DNA from: Firmicutes bacterium UBA5473
GTDB lineage: Bacteria; Bacillota; DTU084
Assembly (NCBI GenBank): GCA_002427165.1
Contig: DIQB01000043.1
Location: forward strand, 7,293-46,541
Reading direction: 5' to 3'
Length of the DNA: 39,249 nucleotides
The position numbers and the translations under genes are program-made. The notes under the pieces were generated by a model, which had not been told where the DNA came from, ran no database searches, and worked only from the letters and a program-made list of their open reading frames with translations. Shown here in pieces: positions 36,256 through 39,249 of the stretch (its first letter is position 1; each line of letters starts with the position of its first letter).

Positions 36256-37368
36256 ATGTTCGATGTAATTGTTATAGGTGGAGGACCTGCCGGTTCCCAG
36301 GCAGCACGTATTTTAGCTGAATCTGGCCACAAAGTTTTGCTCCTAGAGAGAGAAGCGCGGGGCAGAACCAAATGCTGCGCCGGCGCTCTCAGCGGCAGGG
36401 CGCTGGGGTATCTAGACGGGATCGAACTCCCGCCCCATGTGGAGCTAGAGACAGTTGAGATCCACAGCCGGGGCAGGAAGGTAAGCTATCGGTCCCCGCG
36501 GCCCATTGCAAAATTCGTAGTCCGAAGCGAACTGGACCAGATCCTTCTTGAGGCAGCCCAAAAGGCTGGTGCCCAAATCCACTACAACACCCCAGCCTTG
36601 AATCTGAAGCTTTCAGAGGATAGTGTCGAGGTGGAAACTCCCCTGGGAAAAATTCAGGGGCAGTATTTGCTAGGGGCAGATGGCGCCACTGGAATCACCC
36701 GGCGCCTAGGCGTGGACAAGCCTCGGCGGATGGCAATTGGTCTTGAGGGAGAGCTCTTTCTGCCTCCTGACAGGTTGCATCACTATGAGAGAAAAGCCAT
36801 TGTGGACTACGGCTGCATCAAAACTGGCTATGGCTGGATCTTTCCTAAAGTTGATCGCTTGTCTGTGGGTATTTATACCTCAAATAGCGAGCCCCTCCCC
36901 TTAAAAAAATACCTACAGCGCTTTTTGGCAAGCCAAGAGCTTCCCCAGCCCCGAAGCCTGATCGCCCATCCCATACCTGGTCCCTCTAACCAAAGGCTAA
37001 GGGTGGGACGGGCTCTGTTGGCTGGAGATGCAGCCTCTCTTGCAGATCCCCTCTCAGGAGAAGGCATCGCCTATGCCCTGGCAAGCGGCCAGCTGGCAGC
37101 ACAAACAATAGGCTCTGCCCTAAAAGGACAGAGCCTAGATAGCTATGAGGATCTTGTAGAGCAACAGATTTGCTCCCAGCTTGCAATCCCAAACAAACTG
37201 AAAAAAATCCTCTATGTCTCCCCGCGCCTGGCCCAAGCTGTTCTCCGGCGCCAGGAGGCACTTATAGCGCAATACTTTGCCACAATTGCAGGCCAACAGT
37301 CCTATAGCGAGCTTGAAGAAAAACTCAAGCGGGGATTTCGCCAATTTCGTTGGCTCGGACGTGGATAG
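36256..37368 (+). CDS. FAD-dependent oxidoreductase, geranylgeranyl reductase-like family
   Basis: 370 aa. It has the dinucleotide fold motif DVIVIGGGPAGSQAA...LLLERE and the downstream motifs GADG and LAGDAA. Confidence 0.8.
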   Translation: MFDVIVIGGGPAGSQAARILAESGHKVLLLEREARGRTKCCAGALSGRALGYLDGIELPPHVELETVEIHSRGRKVSYRSPRPIAKFVVRSELDQILLEAAQKAGAQIHYNTPALNLKLSEDSVEVETPLGKIQGQYLLGADGATGITRRLGVDKPRRMAIGLEGELFLPPDRLHHYERKAIVDYGCIKTGYGWIFPKVDRLSVGIYTSNSEPLPLKKYLQRFLASQELPQPRSLIAHPIPGPSNQRLRVGRALLAGDAASLADPLSGEGIAYALASGQLAAQTIGSALKGQSLDSYEDLVEQQICSQLAIPNKLKKILYVSPRLAQAVLRRQEALIAQYFATIAGQQSYSELEEKLKRGFRQFRWLGRG

Positions 37369-38686
37369 CGATGGCGCATTCCAGTCGCTGCCTTTGAATC
37401 TCACAGCCCAATTCATCTGGAAGAAATAGATCACCATTTTTCGCCAAAGCATTGGCATGACAGCCGCCGCTGCAGTAGAGCTTTGCCCAGCAGTTCTGGC
37501 ATTTTTCTTTACTCACAATATGGGCAGAGCGAAAGCTCTCTCCCACCTGTGGCCTTTGGACTCCGGTGAAAACTGTACCTACCTTATACTCTCCCTGGCC
37601 TACGAACTGGTGGCAAGGGTAGAGATCGCCTCTAGGGCTCACAGCGAGATAAGTATGGCCTGCGCCGCAGCCTGAAAGTCTTTTGGCAAGACAGGGACCT
37701 TTGGCAAGATCAAAATTAAAATGGAAGAAGGAAAATGGTCTGCCCTCCCTTTGGCAGGCAAGATAATAAGAGGCAAGACGCTTATATTCCTCCCCGATTT
37801 TGGGCAAGTCCGCTTTTTTAAGCTGATAATCCTGATCTGTGACCACCGGCTCCAGGGAGATATTGCGAAAACCCGCCTCGACCAGATACTTCACATCCTC
37901 TGTGAAATCTAGGTTATAGCTTGTATAGGTACCACGGACCCACCAATTGTCATCAGCCTTCAGGGCCACAGCCTCCTGGAGCTTGGCCAATACTCGGCTA
38001 TGGCTACCAGCTCCCCCCACCCCTGGCCGCATTCTGTCGTGGACCGAAGGCCTGCCGTCGATGCTAAGGATGAGACCGATTTTCTCTTGGTTGATAAAAT
38101 CCATTTTTTTCGAATCTAGCAGGAGCCCGTTGGTAGTGAGGGTAAACTGGATCTGTTTGCCGCGCTTTGTGGCTTCCTCTTTGCCATAGGCTGTAAGTTC
38201 CCGGACTAGATCCCAACTGAGGAGGGGCTCGCCTCCGAAAAAGTCCACTTCGCAATGTTTACGCGGACCACTTTCGGCCATGAGCAGATCGATGGCAGCG
38301 CGTCCAACCTGGCTCGTCATCAATCCCCGCTCGCCACCGAAGGCACCCTTGCCTGCAAAACAGTAGCGGCAACGAAGGTTACAGTCATGGGCCACATTTA
38401 AGCATAAGGATTTAATCTGGCTCGCTTCCTCCTCCAGCCTCTGGGCATAGAATGCCCCCTGCTTTGCAAAGGCCTCCTCCCCTCGTTGTGCCTCCCCGGC
38501 TAAAGCCTCAAGCTCCCCGAGGGCTTCTGCCTCAATGTCGGGGGCCAGGTCCTGTCCCTCCAAAAGATCCCAACTTGCATCATCTAACTGCCAGATGGCA
38601 CCGGTATTGCCGTGGATGAGAATATTTGTGCCAAACAAGGAATAACGGTGGAAAGATCCACCGTTAAGATAAGTTAAGATGTCCAT
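37325..38686 (-). CDS. Radical SAM/SPASM thioether-forming peptide maturase (SCIFF maturase type)
   Basis: 453 aa. The radical SAM motif is CNLRCRYCFA. The C-terminal SPASM cysteines are CGAG...YPCHQF...CQNCWAKLYCSGGC. It starts 3 nt after the precursor stop. Confidence 0.9.
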   Translation of the reverse strand: MDILTYLNGGSFHRYSLFGTNILIHGNTGAIWQLDDASWDLLEGQDLAPDIEAEALGELEALAGEAQRGEEAFAKQGAFYAQRLEEEASQIKSLCLNVAHDCNLRCRYCFAGKGAFGGERGLMTSQVGRAAIDLLMAESGPRKHCEVDFFGGEPLLSWDLVRELTAYGKEEATKRGKQIQFTLTTNGLLLDSKKMDFINQEKIGLILSIDGRPSVHDRMRPGVGGAGSHSRVLAKLQEAVALKADDNWWVRGTYTSYNLDFTEDVKYLVEAGFRNISLEPVVTDQDYQLKKADLPKIGEEYKRLASYYLACQREGRPFSFFHFNFDLAKGPCLAKRLSGCGAGHTYLAVSPRGDLYPCHQFVGQGEYKVGTVFTGVQRPQVGESFRSAHIVSKEKCQNCWAKLYCSGGCHANALAKNGDLFLPDELGCEIQRQRLECAIAIHVRANEIGEIPA

Positions 38687-38689
38687 TTT

Positions 38690-38839
38690 TTACTTTTCGC
38701 TCTGGCAGCTCTGGTTGCCTACAGTACAAGATGTTTTGCATGCAGATTGGCAGGAAGCCTGACATTCGCCGCAGCCAATTTGTTTACTGCCATGAGCCAG
38801 CATAGTGCCTGCATCAATGCGCTTAATATGTTTTGCCAT
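38690..38839 (-). CDS. SCIFF-type six-cysteine RiPP precursor peptide (49 aa); not in the ORF track
   Basis: My translation is MAKHIKRIDAGTMLAHGSKQIGCGECQASCQSACKTSCTVGNQSCQSEK. The core GCGECQxSCQSACKTSCTVGNQ is the SCIFF signature as I recall it. The RBS GAGGGGG lies 8 nt upstream. Confidence 0.9.
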   Translation of the reverse strand: MAKHIKRIDAGTMLAHGSKQIGCGECQASCQSACKTSCTVGNQSCQSEK

Positions 38840-38871
38840 AGAAAAAACCCCCTCGTTGTTTTTCATCTCTT

Positions 38872-38900
38872 ATTATATCACAAACCTATGCTTTGAAAAA
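38872..38900 (-). promoter_or_regulatory. Candidate extended -10 promoter for the SCIFF operon
   Basis: On the minus strand TGaTATAAT has its hexamer at 38872-38877. A weak -35 TTTTCA lies 16 nt upstream. Confidence 0.5.
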
Positions 38901-39064
38901 GGGGTCGCGATCATTTTAACATGGTTAGCTCAATTGATATAGTAAATGCACCCCCAGGGGTTGCATTTAGTCGTACAACCAGGGATCCCACCTCCCATGG
39001 TGGGGGGACGCGTTTGATATGAAAAGGCTACATGTACATTCCACCAAAACCACCGCTGGGAAAA

Positions 39065-39249
39065 ATGTTCGTCGCTTTTATCGACCTTATCCTTAGAGCA
39101 CATCTTCACAATGTCTTAAGGGATTATACCTGGGCCAATAATCTGTGTATTGATAAATCATTACGCGAACTCCGCAAGAATAAAGTGGTCAAAATTTCTT
39201 CTGGTTTATTGTTACACAATCCTCTTACCAAAAAGCAGCGTGATATTTT
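39065..39249 (+). CDS. Partial ORF of unknown function running off the right edge
   Basis: 61 codons are open to the window end (MFVAFIDLILRAHLHNVLRDYTWANNLCIDKSLRELRKNKVVKISSGLLLHNPLTKKQRDI). The SD is weak and I recognise no family. The region is visibly more AT-rich than its surroundings. A minus-strand frame is also open for about 40 codons, so coding status is uncertain. Confidence 0.2.
   Translation, partial: MFVAFIDLILRAHLHNVLRDYTWANNLCIDKSLRELRKNKVVKISSGLLLHNPLTKKQRDI

Noticed and set aside
39019-39249. Possible degenerate IS200/IS605 TnpB start (…RRFYRPYP… resembling the FRxYP N-terminal motif) with structured element ends
   Set aside because: The frame hits TAG, TAA and TGA stops within about 45 codons. 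The similarity is limited to a few residues, and no TnpA or clear terminal hairpin pair is visible.
1-39249. CRISPR arrays, rRNA genes, intact transposases or integrases, known multi-gene defence systems
   Set aside because: Reading both strands showed no regularly spaced repeats, no rRNA-like sequence and no recombinase or transposase motifs. The only repeats found are the two 14-bp copies at 32529 and 32572.

Overview
Chromosomal segment from a flagellated, endospore-forming Firmicute, judged from gene content; no species can be assigned from the sequence alone. About 45 genes are present and nearly all lie on the minus strand. Order, left to right in window coordinates:
- **1-5847:** smc N-terminal part (open at the left edge and absent from the ORF track), then a B. 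subtilis-like block comFC-yvyF-flgM-flgN-flgK.
- **5848-7829:** a small AT-rich islet next to tRNA genes, holding a Fic protein, a small Cys-rich ORF and a decayed Phd/ParE toxin-antitoxin pair.
- **7830-11882:** tRNA-His and tRNA-Arg, then a tightly packed run mazE-mazF-amidotransferase-tsaE-tsaB-rimI-tsaD.
- **11904-17859:** a hexose module (ROK kinase, PGI/PMI isomerase, ROK glucokinase), an orphan MsmX/MalK-like ABC ATPase and a Gfo/Idh/MocA oxidoreductase.
- **17951-23158:** tepA-ylzJ, degS-degU, a GT2 glycosyltransferase, and metK behind a clear SAM-I (S-box) riboswitch.
- **23443-31402:** a coiled-coil ORF, marR with a heterodimeric ABC exporter, and an AEC transporter-mtnP-ahcY block.
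- **31456-35518:** a regulator-rich stretch with a Spo0E-like ORF, a SigH-like sigma paralog divergent from a LexA/S24-like protein that lacks the catalytic Lys, whiA in an unusual operon with NusG-II and Gx-transporter genes, and a DMT transporter.
- **35592-38839:** a CPIC-motif Cys/His protein with an FAD reductase, overlapping tail-to-tail with a radical SAM/SPASM maturase. The maturase's 49-aa six-cysteine (SCIFF-type) precursor is too short for the ORF track.

I saw no CRISPR array, rRNA or intact transposase. The most interesting candidates are:
1. The SCIFF RiPP locus and its overlapping CPIC-protein/flavoreductase neighbours.
2. The sigma / pseudo-LexA / direct-repeat module.
3. The atypical whiA operon.

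All family assignments come from my own reading of the translations and recalled motifs. None has been checked by a database search.
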